NCBI GenBank assembly: GCA_021735405.1
Contig: JAIPHC010000001.1
Location: 1-41,573, forward strand
DNA length: 41,573 nt
Reading direction: 5' to 3'
DNA from: Candidatus Omnitrophota bacterium
GTDB taxonomy: Bacteria; Omnitrophota; Gorgyraeia; Duberdicusellales; 4484-171
Each line of letters opens with the position of its first letter. Within the stretch, counting starts at the first letter, position 1. Below the pieces are notes generated by a model. The model was not told the DNA's origin and made no database searches. It saw nothing but the letters and a program-made list of their open reading frames with translations. The translations under genes and the position numbers were made by a program. This document shows, piece after piece, positions 27,284-35,540 of the stretch.

Positions 27284-28549
27284 CTTCTTAACTATTTCTG
27301 CAGGATGGGTAATCCTGCCGGTTATACTGCTTGCAGCCGCTACAGCCGGATTCGATAGATAGACTAAGCTTGCCGGGTCTCCCATTCTGCCGATAAAATT
27401 CCGGTTAGTCGTAGCCAAAGCAACTTCGCCTTTATCTAAAATACCAGTATGGCCTCCCAGACAAGGCCCGCAAGTAGGCGGCGAAACCATAAAACCCGCT
27501 GCGTGAAAAATCTTTATGTAACCTTTTTTAACAGCCTCAAGGTAAACCTTACGGGAACCGGGAATAACAATGGCCCTGAGGCCTTTTTTAATAGTTTTAT
27601 TTTTTAACACTTTTGCAGCTTGAGCTAAATCCTTAAGGCGGCCGTTAGTGCAAGACCCGATAACAACCTGATCCAATTTTATACTCTTTAATTTATCCAC
27701 CTCGGCCACATTGCTGGGCAGATGCGGACAAGCCACCTGGGGCTTTAATGAAGAGATATCGAATTCGATAACCTCGCTATAATTTGCATCTTTATCGCTT
27801 TTTAACAAAGGTACATTTTTTATTCCCGGAGCGACTTTCTTTATATATTTAACAGTTTTTTTATCAGGTTCAATTATTCCCGTTTTTGCGCCGGCCTCTA
27901 TTGCCATATTACAGATAGTAAACCTGTCTTCAATCTTTAAAGCCTTAATCACAGGGCCGCTAAATTCCATAACCTTATAAAGCGCGCCGCTTACTCCGAT
28001 TTTTCCGATGGTATAAAGGATTAGATCTTTGCCGGAAAACCAATCAGGCAGTTTACCCGAATAAGACAGCTTGATAGTTTCCGGGCGCTTAAACCAGCAG
28101 GCTCCTTCTTTGATAGCGGCAGCCAAATCGGTCGAGCCTACTCCAAAGCTGGCAGCCCCCAAGGCACCATAGGTACAACTATGAGAATCAGCTCCGATTA
28201 TCAAATCACCAGGTTTAGCCAAACCTTGTTCCGGCAAAAAAACGTGTTCTATGCCGCAAATATTGGTATCGTAAAAATGTTTTATTTTAAATTTTTTAGC
28301 AAAATTTTTTAGCGTTTTTACATTATTGGCCGCTTTTAGGTCCCGGGCCGGAACAAAATGATCACAAAAGAAGCCTATTTTTTTAGAATTATAAACCGAG
28401 TTAAATTTTGCCTTCTCGAATTCCTTTACTGCCAAAGGCGCTGTTATGTCGTTTCCAAAACAAAAATCAACCTTGGCGTAAATAAAATCATTTAATTTTT
28501 TATTAACAGACTTCTTCTTAAAAATTTTTTCAATTAATGTTAAACCCAT
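27230..28549 (-). CDS. leuC: 3-isopropylmalate dehydratase large subunit (short, archaeal-like type)
   Basis: Motifs DSHSCTYGALGA, GSCTNGR and CGPCLG. It starts 1 nt after the fabF stop. The last ~17 codons lie inside the repeat element. Confidence 0.88.
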   Translation of the reverse strand: MGLTLIEKIFKKKSVNKKLNDFIYAKVDFCFGNDITAPLAVKEFEKAKFNSVYNSKKIGFFCDHFVPARDLKAANNVKTLKNFAKKFKIKHFYDTNICGIEHVFLPEQGLAKPGDLIIGADSHSCTYGALGAASFGVGSTDLAAAIKEGACWFKRPETIKLSYSGKLPDWFSGKDLILYTIGKIGVSGALYKVMEFSGPVIKALKIEDRFTICNMAIEAGAKTGIIEPDKKTVKYIKKVAPGIKNVPLLKSDKDANYSEVIEFDISSLKPQVACPHLPSNVAEVDKLKSIKLDQVVIGSCTNGRLKDLAQAAKVLKNKTIKKGLRAIVIPGSRKVYLEAVKKGYIKIFHAAGFMVSPPTCGPCLGGHTGILDKGEVALATTNRNFIGRMGDPASLVYLSNPAVAAASSITGRITHPAEIVKKVPMDERRRTKGRGRLSS

Positions 28550-28550
28550 T

Positions 28551-29783
28551 TTATATTTTCTCGATTAAAAGAGAGGCGTTATGGCCTCCGAAACCTAAAG
28601 AGTTAGAAAGGCAGGCAGAAACATCCAGCTCCCGGGCCTGATTGGGAGTATAATCCAGATCACATTCCGGATCGGGGTATTGGTAATTTATTGTGGGAGG
28701 AATCAAGCTATTTTTCAGGGCCAAACAGCAACTAATAAATTCTATAGCTCCGGCAGCGCCTAAGGTGTGGCCGGTCATAGACTTGGTGGAACTAATAGCT
28801 AAATTGGCAATATTTTTTTCAAAAGCTAATTTAATAGCATTAGTCTCCATCTTATCATTTAAAGGTGTGCTGGTTCCATGGGTATTAAGATAAATTGGTT
28901 TACTTTTGTCTAACTCTGCTTCGGCTAAAGCCGAACTCATCGCTTTGGCCGCAGCTTTACCTTCCGGATCAGGCGCAGTAATATGATAAGCGTCACAAGT
29001 AGCCCCGTATCCTGAAAGCTCGCCGTAAATTTTAGCTCCCCTAGCTTTAGCATGTTCAAAATCCTCTAAAACAACCATTCCTGCCCCTTCTGCCATGATG
29101 AATCCATCCCTTTTAAGATCAAAAGGACGGCTTGCCTTAGCCGGCTCGGAATTACGCCGGGATAAAGCCTTGAGGGCGCAAAAACCGCCGACTCCGAGAG
29201 GAACTATGCAAGCTTCCGTTCCGCCGCAAACCATAGCCTTAGCCTTGCCGGACTTAACCAAACGGTAAGCTTCGCCGATAGCATGAGCGCCGGACGCGCA
29301 AGCAGTTACCGTACATAGATTTGGGCCTTTTAATCCAAAACGGATGGCAACATGGCCCGCAGCTTCATTGGTAATTAACATCGGAATCATAAAAGGAGAA
29401 AGCCTGCGCGGGCCTTTTTCCAAAAGAACCTTATGTTCTCTTTCAATAGTTTCCAGGCTGCCTACACCCGAACCAATAATAGCCCCTATCTGATAAGGGT
29501 CGATTTTTTCTAAATCAATACTGGCTTCTTCAATTGCTTCTTGGGCAGCTTTCAAAGAAAATTGGACAAATCGGGGAATGCGCCGCTGTTCTTTCACCGA
29601 CAAAAGATCGGAAGGATTAAAATCATTCACCTCGCCGGCAATCTTACTGTCGAAATTTTCGGTGTTAAACTGAGTGATCGGGCCAACTCCGCTTACCCCA
29701 TTAGCCAAGGAACGCCAGAAATCTCTTTTTCCAATCCCTACGGGAGAAACTACTCCGCAACCGGTAACTACAACTTTATTCAT
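28551..29783 (-). CDS. fabF: 3-oxoacyl-ACP synthase II
   Basis: Motifs ACASGAHAIG, HGTSTP and GFGGHNASL. Confidence 0.93.
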   Translation of the reverse strand: MNKVVVTGCGVVSPVGIGKRDFWRSLANGVSGVGPITQFNTENFDSKIAGEVNDFNPSDLLSVKEQRRIPRFVQFSLKAAQEAIEEASIDLEKIDPYQIGAIIGSGVGSLETIEREHKVLLEKGPRRLSPFMIPMLITNEAAGHVAIRFGLKGPNLCTVTACASGAHAIGEAYRLVKSGKAKAMVCGGTEACIVPLGVGGFCALKALSRRNSEPAKASRPFDLKRDGFIMAEGAGMVVLEDFEHAKARGAKIYGELSGYGATCDAYHITAPDPEGKAAAKAMSSALAEAELDKSKPIYLNTHGTSTPLNDKMETNAIKLAFEKNIANLAISSTKSMTGHTLGAAGAIEFISCCLALKNSLIPPTINYQYPDPECDLDYTPNQARELDVSACLSNSLGFGGHNASLLIEKI

Positions 29784-29799
29784 TTTAAATGGCTAATCT

Positions 29800-30033
29800 T
29801 TATTTTGATTTTTTTTCAATATAATCGATTGCTTCGCCTACTTTTGTAATCTTTTCAGCATCTTCATCAGGTATTTCAATACCAAACTCTTCTTCCAAAG
29901 CCATAACCACTTCCACCGTATCTAAAGAATCTGCTCCCAGATCATCGATAAAAGAACTTTCCGGCTTTACCTCTTCTTTCTTAACACCTAGTTGTTCTGA
30001 AATAATTTCTTTTACTTTTTCCTCAACCGCCAT
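29800..30033 (-). CDS. acpP: Acyl carrier protein
   Basis: Motif [11 protein letters not shown]; 77 aa. Confidence 0.95.
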   Translation of the reverse strand: MAVEEKVKEIISEQLGVKKEEVKPESSFIDDLGADSLDTVEVVMALEEEFGIEIPDEDAEKITKVGEAIDYIEKKSK

Positions 30034-30054
30034 CTAAGACCTCCTTTTTTTTAC

Positions 30055-30789
30055 CTAAATCATACCGCCATCAACTACAATAACTTGTCCAGTTATATAA
30101 TCTGCCGACTCAGAAGACAAAAACAATACCGCATCAGCTACACTTTTAGGTGAACCGAATTTTTTCAAAGAAATCCTTTTAAGCATCTCCTCTTTAACTT
30201 TATCCGGAAGGTTTTCTGTCATTTTAGTCTCGATATAACCGGGAGCAACCGCATTTACATTTATGCCTCTTGCCCCCACTTCTTTAGAAAGTGACTTGGT
30301 CAAGCCAATCAAACCGGCTTTAGAGGCTGAATAATTTGACTGGCCGGGATTGCCGACAATTCCTATAATTGAAGAAATATTAACAATTTTACCGCTCCGC
30401 TGCTTTAACATCTTTTTCAAAACAACTTTTGAAGCTAGGAAGGCGCCCTTTAAGTTAACCTCTAAAACTTGATCCCAATCATCTTCAGAGAGCCGCAAGG
30501 CCAAATTATCTTTGGTTATGCCCGCATTGTTAACTAATATATCAATCTTTGAAAACTTGTCAATAACTTTGTCTATTACATCGGCTAATTTTTCAAGGTT
30601 TGTAACATTGACCGGATAAAGCTCACATTCTGTAAGAGCGGTTAACTCTTCTTTGGCAGCTTTAAGCTTGCTTTGGTCTAAATCAAAAAGAACCACCTTA
30701 GCTTTCTCTTTAGCAAATTGATAGGCGATTTGCTTGCCGATTCCCTGAGCGGCCCCGGTAACCACCACTACTTTATCTTTAAAATCCAT
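30055..30789 (-). CDS. fabG: 3-oxoacyl-ACP reductase
   Basis: Motifs TGAAQGIG, NNAGI and YSASKAG. Confidence 0.92.
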   Translation of the reverse strand: MDFKDKVVVVTGAAQGIGKQIAYQFAKEKAKVVLFDLDQSKLKAAKEELTALTECELYPVNVTNLEKLADVIDKVIDKFSKIDILVNNAGITKDNLALRLSEDDWDQVLEVNLKGAFLASKVVLKKMLKQRSGKIVNISSIIGIVGNPGQSNYSASKAGLIGLTKSLSKEVGARGINVNAVAPGYIETKMTENLPDKVKEEMLKRISLKKFGSPKSVADAVLFLSSESADYITGQVIVVDGGMI

Positions 30790-31702
30790 ACTCCTCCTTA
30801 TTTATATTTTCTAAGTCTTCTTTTTTTTCGATATTTATAACTTTCAAGCTTTTGTCTATTTTTCTTAAAAGGCCTTTTAAAACCTTGGACGGGCCTGTTT
30901 CATAAAAATAATTTATACCTTTTTCGGCCATATATTTTACTGAATCCATCCATAAAACAGGGCTGACTAATTGTTTTAATAAATTATCCTTTATCTGGCT
31001 GGATTCACTATGCGGGCTGGCGGTTACATTGCTTACAATAGGGATTTCAGCGTCGGAAAACTTAAGCCGGCAAACAACATCTTCAAGCTTTTTCCGGGCC
31101 GGTTCCATAAAAGGCGAATGGAATCCGCCGGAAACTTTAAGCTCTACAACTCTTAACCCTTCTTTTTCCAAATTAAATTTTAGATCATTTTTGTTTTCTT
31201 TCTTTACCGAAATAACAATTTGCGAAGGAGCGTTTATGTTTGCAATATAAAAATCTAAATCTTGCGCCTTCGCCTCCAACTCCTGCTTTTTGGCCCCGAT
31301 TACCGCAAACATAGAAGAAGGGTTTATCTCAGCCGCCTCCTGCATAGCCCTGCCTCTGTTTTTAACCAAAATAACGATGTCCTCTAAAGGGAGGACTCCG
31401 GCGGCATAAAGGCAGCTATATTCACCTAAACTTAATCCCGATAAAAATTTAATATTGCCGGTTTTACCCTTCAATTGTTCATAGGCGGCTAAGCTAACTG
31501 CTAAAATAGCTAACTGCTGCACTGATGTATCTTGAAGCCTAAAAGGATCCCCGCCAAACATAGCTTCTGAAACCTTGATTCCGGATACCCGATCGACTAA
31601 ATTAAAAACTTTCTTTGCTTTGGGAAAGTTTCTATATAAACTCAAACCCATTTGAGGATACTGGGCTCCTTGTCCCGGAAATATTATCGCTTTCTCACTC
31701 AT
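30779..31702 (-). CDS. fabD: Malonyl-CoA-ACP transacylase
   Basis: Motifs FPGQGAQY and GLSLGEYS. Confidence 0.92.
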   Translation of the reverse strand: MSEKAIIFPGQGAQYPQMGLSLYRNFPKAKKVFNLVDRVSGIKVSEAMFGGDPFRLQDTSVQQLAILAVSLAAYEQLKGKTGNIKFLSGLSLGEYSCLYAAGVLPLEDIVILVKNRGRAMQEAAEINPSSMFAVIGAKKQELEAKAQDLDFYIANINAPSQIVISVKKENKNDLKFNLEKEGLRVVELKVSGGFHSPFMEPARKKLEDVVCRLKFSDAEIPIVSNVTASPHSESSQIKDNLLKQLVSPVLWMDSVKYMAEKGINYFYETGPSKVLKGLLRKIDKSLKVINIEKKEDLENINKEEYGF

Positions 31703-31703
31703 A

Positions 31704-31763
31704 AATTGGTTAATTAGTTAATTGGTTAATTAGTTAATTGGTTAATTAGTTAATTGGTTAATT
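31704..31763. repeat. Perfect 16-bp tandem repeat (aattggttaattagtt x3 plus a 12-nt partial copy), ending 1 nt from the fabD start codon
   Basis: Read directly: copies start at 31704, 31720, 31736 and 31752. The downstream segment 31764-31798 contains caatcaccaa (31774) and aattaacca (31782), the latter complementary to the repeat. Confidence 0.9.
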
Positions 31764-31798
31764 TTCTACTCACCAATCACCAATTAACCACTCACCAT

Positions 31799-32776
31799 CT
31801 ATAATGTCCATTTAATTACACAGCTTCCCCAGACAAGGCCGCCGCCAAAGGTATCTAATACTACAATATCTCCTTTTTTCACTTTTCCTTTTTGATAGGC
31901 TTCGCATAAAGCAACCGCGCAAGAAGCCGAAGACATGTTGCCGTAACGAGAAAGATTATAATAAACTTTATCCTTTATCTTTAGAGTTTTAACCACAGCA
32001 TCTATTATTCTTTTGTTGGCCTGGTGAGGAACCAACATATCTAAATCTTTTGTTTTAAGCTCTGCTTTTGCTAAAGCGACTTTAGCAGCTTCTACCATAA
32101 TCCTGACTGCCACCCTAAATAATTCATTGCCTTTCATCTTAATAGTATGAAGTTTTTGCTCGACTGTTTGATGAGTAGCGGGCATTCTGGAACCACCGGC
32201 GGGAATATGCAAAAGATTTGCTCTGGAGCCATCTGCGCCTAAATGCGCGCTTAAAAAACTTTTTTCATTTGTCTGAGTCAACACCGCCGCGCCGGCTCCG
32301 TCGCCAAAAAGGACACAGGTAGAACGATCTTGCCAATCGGTAATAGAAGAAAGCACCTCGCTGCCTACTACTAAAACATTTTTATATAATTCTCCCCTAA
32401 TAAGCTGCCAAGCGCAGGTTAACCCATAAACAAAACCTGAACAAGCAGCCGAAACATCAAAAGCAGCGGCATTTCTTGCTTTAAGTAAATTTTGCAGGCG
32501 GCAGGCGGTAGAAGGAAAAAAATTATCAGGAGTGATTGAGGCGACTATTATTAAATCCAAATCACCGGCCCTTAAGCCTGCGTCTTTTAAAGCTCGTTTA
32601 GCAGCCCGGTGAGCAAGTTCCGAAGAAGAAGAGCCTGCGGCAATCCTTCTTTCTTTTATGCCGGTACGAGTCGTAATCCACTCATCGGAGGTATCTACTA
32701 TTTTCTCTAAATCCGAATTTTTAAGTCGTTTAGGCGGTAAGTATTTGCCTAACCCTACTATCTTGGCAGATTTCAT
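31799..32776 (-). CDS. fabH: 3-oxoacyl-ACP synthase III
   Basis: Motifs AACSGFVYG, HQANKRI and FGGG. Confidence 0.92.
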   Translation of the reverse strand: MKSAKIVGLGKYLPPKRLKNSDLEKIVDTSDEWITTRTGIKERRIAAGSSSSELAHRAAKRALKDAGLRAGDLDLIIVASITPDNFFPSTACRLQNLLKARNAAAFDVSAACSGFVYGLTCAWQLIRGELYKNVLVVGSEVLSSITDWQDRSTCVLFGDGAGAAVLTQTNEKSFLSAHLGADGSRANLLHIPAGGSRMPATHQTVEQKLHTIKMKGNELFRVAVRIMVEAAKVALAKAELKTKDLDMLVPHQANKRIIDAVVKTLKIKDKVYYNLSRYGNMSSASCAVALCEAYQKGKVKKGDIVVLDTFGGGLVWGSCVIKWTL

Positions 32777-33767
32777 TTATTTTCTTTTTTATCCTTTCGT
32801 TTAATTCCCTTTTTAATTCCCGAGCCGCTACCCCTATGGCATTTTTCACGGCCTTAGCGTCTGACCTCCCATGGCCGATAATCACCACTCCATCTACTCC
32901 TAAAAGAGGCGCTCCTCCATATTCGGAATAATCGATCGATTTTTTAAGATTTTTAAGATTTTTCTTAGCAAGCAAAAGGCCTAACCGTCCCGATAAACTC
33001 TTTTTCATATATTCAATAAAAAGCTTTCCCATTGCTTCGGTGCTGCCTTCAAGCACTTTTAAAGCAATATTTCCAACAAAACCATCACAAACAATACAAT
33101 CTGAATTTCCGGAAAGAATGCTTTTAGCTTCTATATTGCCGGAAAAATTCAGAGAAGAACCTCCAAAAAGCTTATGAGTATTCTTTAATAGTTCAAGCCC
33201 TTTGGAAGCCTCTTCGCCAATATTAAGAAGGCCTACAGTAGGATTTTCTTTTTCTAAGACGGTATTATAATAAACAGAAGCCATTACTCCGTATTGGAGA
33301 AGATGAATCGGCTTGCAATCGATATTAGCTCCGGCATCTATAAGCAAAGAAATTCCTTTCTGGGTGGGAAACAACAAGGCTATACCGGGACGTTCTATAC
33401 CTTCTATAAACCTTAAGATTAATGCTGAAGCGCAAACAACTGCGCCGGTGTTGCCGCAAGAAACAAAAGCGTCGATTTCCCTTTGCTTAAGAAGCTGGCA
33501 GCCAACGACTATCGAAGACTTTCTTTTTTTTCTTACTGCAGAAACCGGAGCTTCTGCCATTCCAATCCGTTCGGGCGCGTCAATAATAGTAAAACGTGAT
33601 TTTTGTTTTTTTATCCCTTTTTCTATTTCACTTTTATCCCCGATGAGTATTAGCTCCTGATCCACTTCTTTTTTGGCCAAAACAGCCCCTTTGATAATTT
33701 CTAAAGGCGCAAGGTCCCCGCCGGAAACATCTACTCCTATTTTAAATCTCTTTTTTTGATTCTCCAA
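32730..33767 (-). CDS. plsX: Phosphate acyltransferase PlsX
   Basis: Motifs IGVDVSGGD and SCGNTGA; sits between rpmF and fabH. Confidence 0.9.
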   Translation of the reverse strand: MENQKKRFKIGVDVSGGDLAPLEIIKGAVLAKKEVDQELILIGDKSEIEKGIKKQKSRFTIIDAPERIGMAEAPVSAVRKKRKSSIVVGCQLLKQREIDAFVSCGNTGAVVCASALILRFIEGIERPGIALLFPTQKGISLLIDAGANIDCKPIHLLQYGVMASVYYNTVLEKENPTVGLLNIGEEASKGLELLKNTHKLFGGSSLNFSGNIEAKSILSGNSDCIVCDGFVGNIALKVLEGSTEAMGKLFIEYMKKSLSGRLGLLLAKKNLKNLKKSIDYSEYGGAPLLGVDGVVIIGHGRSDAKAVKNAIGVAARELKRELNERIKKKINEICQDSRVRQILTA

Positions 33768-33801
33768 AATTATCTCTCCCCTAATCAGGATACTTTATAA
33801 G

Positions 33802-34008
33802 TTAGCCGGTTTTTTTCTTTTTATTTTCTTTTTGCTCTATCTTTATTATCTCTTTACCCTTGTAATAACCGCAAAAAGGGCAAACCATGCTTTTAGGTTT
33901 CATTTTTTTACACTGGCTGCATCTTATTAAAGATGGAGAGCTTATTTTTTGATGAGTTCTTTTTTTATGAGTACGCGCATGGGAGTGTTTCCGTTTAGGA
34001 TGTGCCAT
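33802..34008 (-). CDS. rpmF: 50S ribosomal protein L32
   Basis: MAHPKRKHSHARTHKKRTH plus two CxxC pairs; GGAGG SD at 34015-34019. Confidence 0.93.
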   Translation of the reverse strand: MAHPKRKHSHARTHKKRTHQKISSPSLIRCSQCKKMKPKSMVCPFCGYYKGKEIIKIEQKENKKKKTG

Positions 34009-34014
34009 TATTTA

Positions 34015-34063
34015 CCTCCATTGAAAATTAATTATTTAGGTGTTATTCCTTTATTTTCAATGG
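34015..34063 (-). promoter_or_regulatory. 11-bp stem-loop whose 3' arm overlaps the rpmF Shine-Dalgarno sequence
   Basis: ccattgaaaat (34018-34028) is the exact reverse complement of attttcaatgg (34053-34063), with a 24-nt loop. The first two G of GGAGG lie in the stem. The function is inferred. Confidence 0.3.
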
Positions 34064-34092
34064 CATCGAGCCGACTTCCTCGGCGAGATGCC

Positions 34093-34512
34093 TTAATTAC
34101 CTGATTTTAAACAATTGCATTCTCCCCAATTAAGATTCCTGCCACAACAGGGACACAATCCTTGACAGTCAGGAGAGCAAAGTACTTTAAGAGAAAAATT
34201 CAATAAAATCTCTTCTCTTATCTGATCATTAATATCTAAAAAATCACCTAATTTATTTAATTGATAGGATTTTTGGAAACCATATTTTTTAATTTGGCCG
34301 ACCTCAATCAAACAACGCGAACAAGTAATTTGGCAATGAGCCCTAATATCAACTTTGCTGGTTATTTCACTATAAATCTTGTTAAAAACCGCCTCTACCG
34401 TAAGATAATCAACAAATTTTAAATCGAATCCGTCTAAGTTTAAAAGAGCAGCCGGAATTTTTTCATCCAGCTTTAACCCTTGTTCAGTTATTTTTCCAAT
34501 CGCAACCTTCAT
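34093..34512 (-). CDS. yceD: YceD/DUF177 family protein
   Basis: Cys-rich C-terminus CSPDCQGLCPCCGRNLNWGECNC; conserved position upstream of rpmF. Confidence 0.85.
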   Translation of the reverse strand: MKVAIGKITEQGLKLDEKIPAALLNLDGFDLKFVDYLTVEAVFNKIYSEITSKVDIRAHCQITCSRCLIEVGQIKKYGFQKSYQLNKLGDFLDINDQIREEILLNFSLKVLCSPDCQGLCPCCGRNLNWGECNCLKSGN

Positions 34513-34984
34513 TCACCTTCTTGTTCACCGCCTCAAATACCGCCCCGGGTAAAAATTTATTTAGATCCCCTCCCAGTAAAGCTACTTCTTTTATCAAATG
34601 CGAAGAAATAAAAGAATATTGAGGCTGAGTCATTAAAAACAAAGTTTCTATAGTTGGAGCTAAACTTTTATTGGTTAATGCCATCTTAAATTCATATTCA
34701 AAATCTGACATCGTCCTTAACCCCCTAATAATTGCATTAGCCTTATTTTGGCGCGCAAAATCTATAACTAAACCCTCAAACCCTAAAACTTCCACCCCTT
34801 TTATGCCTTTAGTCACTTTTTTAGCTAAATTGATACGTTCACTGTAAGAAAAAAGGCAGGCTTTAGGAGGATTTTTAACTACAGCCACTATTAGTTGATC
34901 AAACAAAAAATTAACCCTGTTTACTATATCAAGATGGCCATTGGTAACAGGATCAAATGTACCAGGATAAATTGCTTTTTGCAT
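34484..34984 (-). CDS. coaD: Phosphopantetheine adenylyltransferase
   Basis: Motif YPGTFDPVTNGHLD; about 160 aa. Confidence 0.93.
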   Translation of the reverse strand: MQKAIYPGTFDPVTNGHLDIVNRVNFLFDQLIVAVVKNPPKACLFSYSERINLAKKVTKGIKGVEVLGFEGLVIDFARQNKANAIIRGLRTMSDFEYEFKMALTNKSLAPTIETLFLMTQPQYSFISSHLIKEVALLGGDLNKFLPGAVFEAVNKKVNEGCDWKNN

Positions 34985-34994
34985 CGCTTTTTAT

Positions 34995-35540
34995 TTATTT
35001 TTTTCTGTATATAAGCAGCCTGGATTGGCCGTAGCCTCTATCTAAAATTAAAAAAAACTTACTATATTCTTTATTATAATTATCTTTTTTAGAACAAAAC
35101 CCTATTAAATATCCAGGACGGGCTAATATATCATAACTTTCTAATAGTTGCAAGCTCTTTGTAAGCAGCCCTTGCGAATAAGGAGGATCCAGGAAAATAA
35201 TATCGAAAAAAGATCCTTTTCGATAAAAATATTTTACAGCTAAAGGGCTTTTTTTGCAATATACCTTAGCCTGGCCCTTTAATTTTAAACCGGTAAGATT
35301 ATTGCTCACAGCCTTCAGGCTCCTTTTGCTTTTGTCAACAAAAACAGCTTGAGCAGCTCCCTGTGACAGAGCTTCTATCCCCAATGCGCCGCTGCCGGCA
35401 TAAAGATCTAAAACGGTTTTGGCCTCAACCAGCTCAGTTATTATGTCAAAACAACTTTTTTTAAGCCGTTGAGAAACCGGCCTTATTCCCAAAGGAGCTT
35501 CAATCTTTCTCCCTTTTAATTTTCCGGCTAAAACTTGCAT
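34995..35540 (-). CDS. rsmD: 16S rRNA (guanine966-N2)-methyltransferase
   Basis: Motifs DLYAGSGALGIEALSQGA and FLDPPY; adjacent to coaD. Confidence 0.88.
   Translation of the reverse strand: MQVLAGKLKGRKIEAPLGIRPVSQRLKKSCFDIITELVEAKTVLDLYAGSGALGIEALSQGAAQAVFVDKSKRSLKAVSNNLTGLKLKGQAKVYCKKSPLAVKYFYRKGSFFDIIFLDPPYSQGLLTKSLQLLESYDILARPGYLIGFCSKKDNYNKEYSKFFLILDRGYGQSRLLIYRKK

Noticed and set aside
31704-31763. Possible CRISPR array or minisatellite-type locus.
   Set aside because: The 16-bp units are contiguous with no spacers, far shorter than CRISPR repeats, and no cas genes are present. It is a simple tandem repeat.
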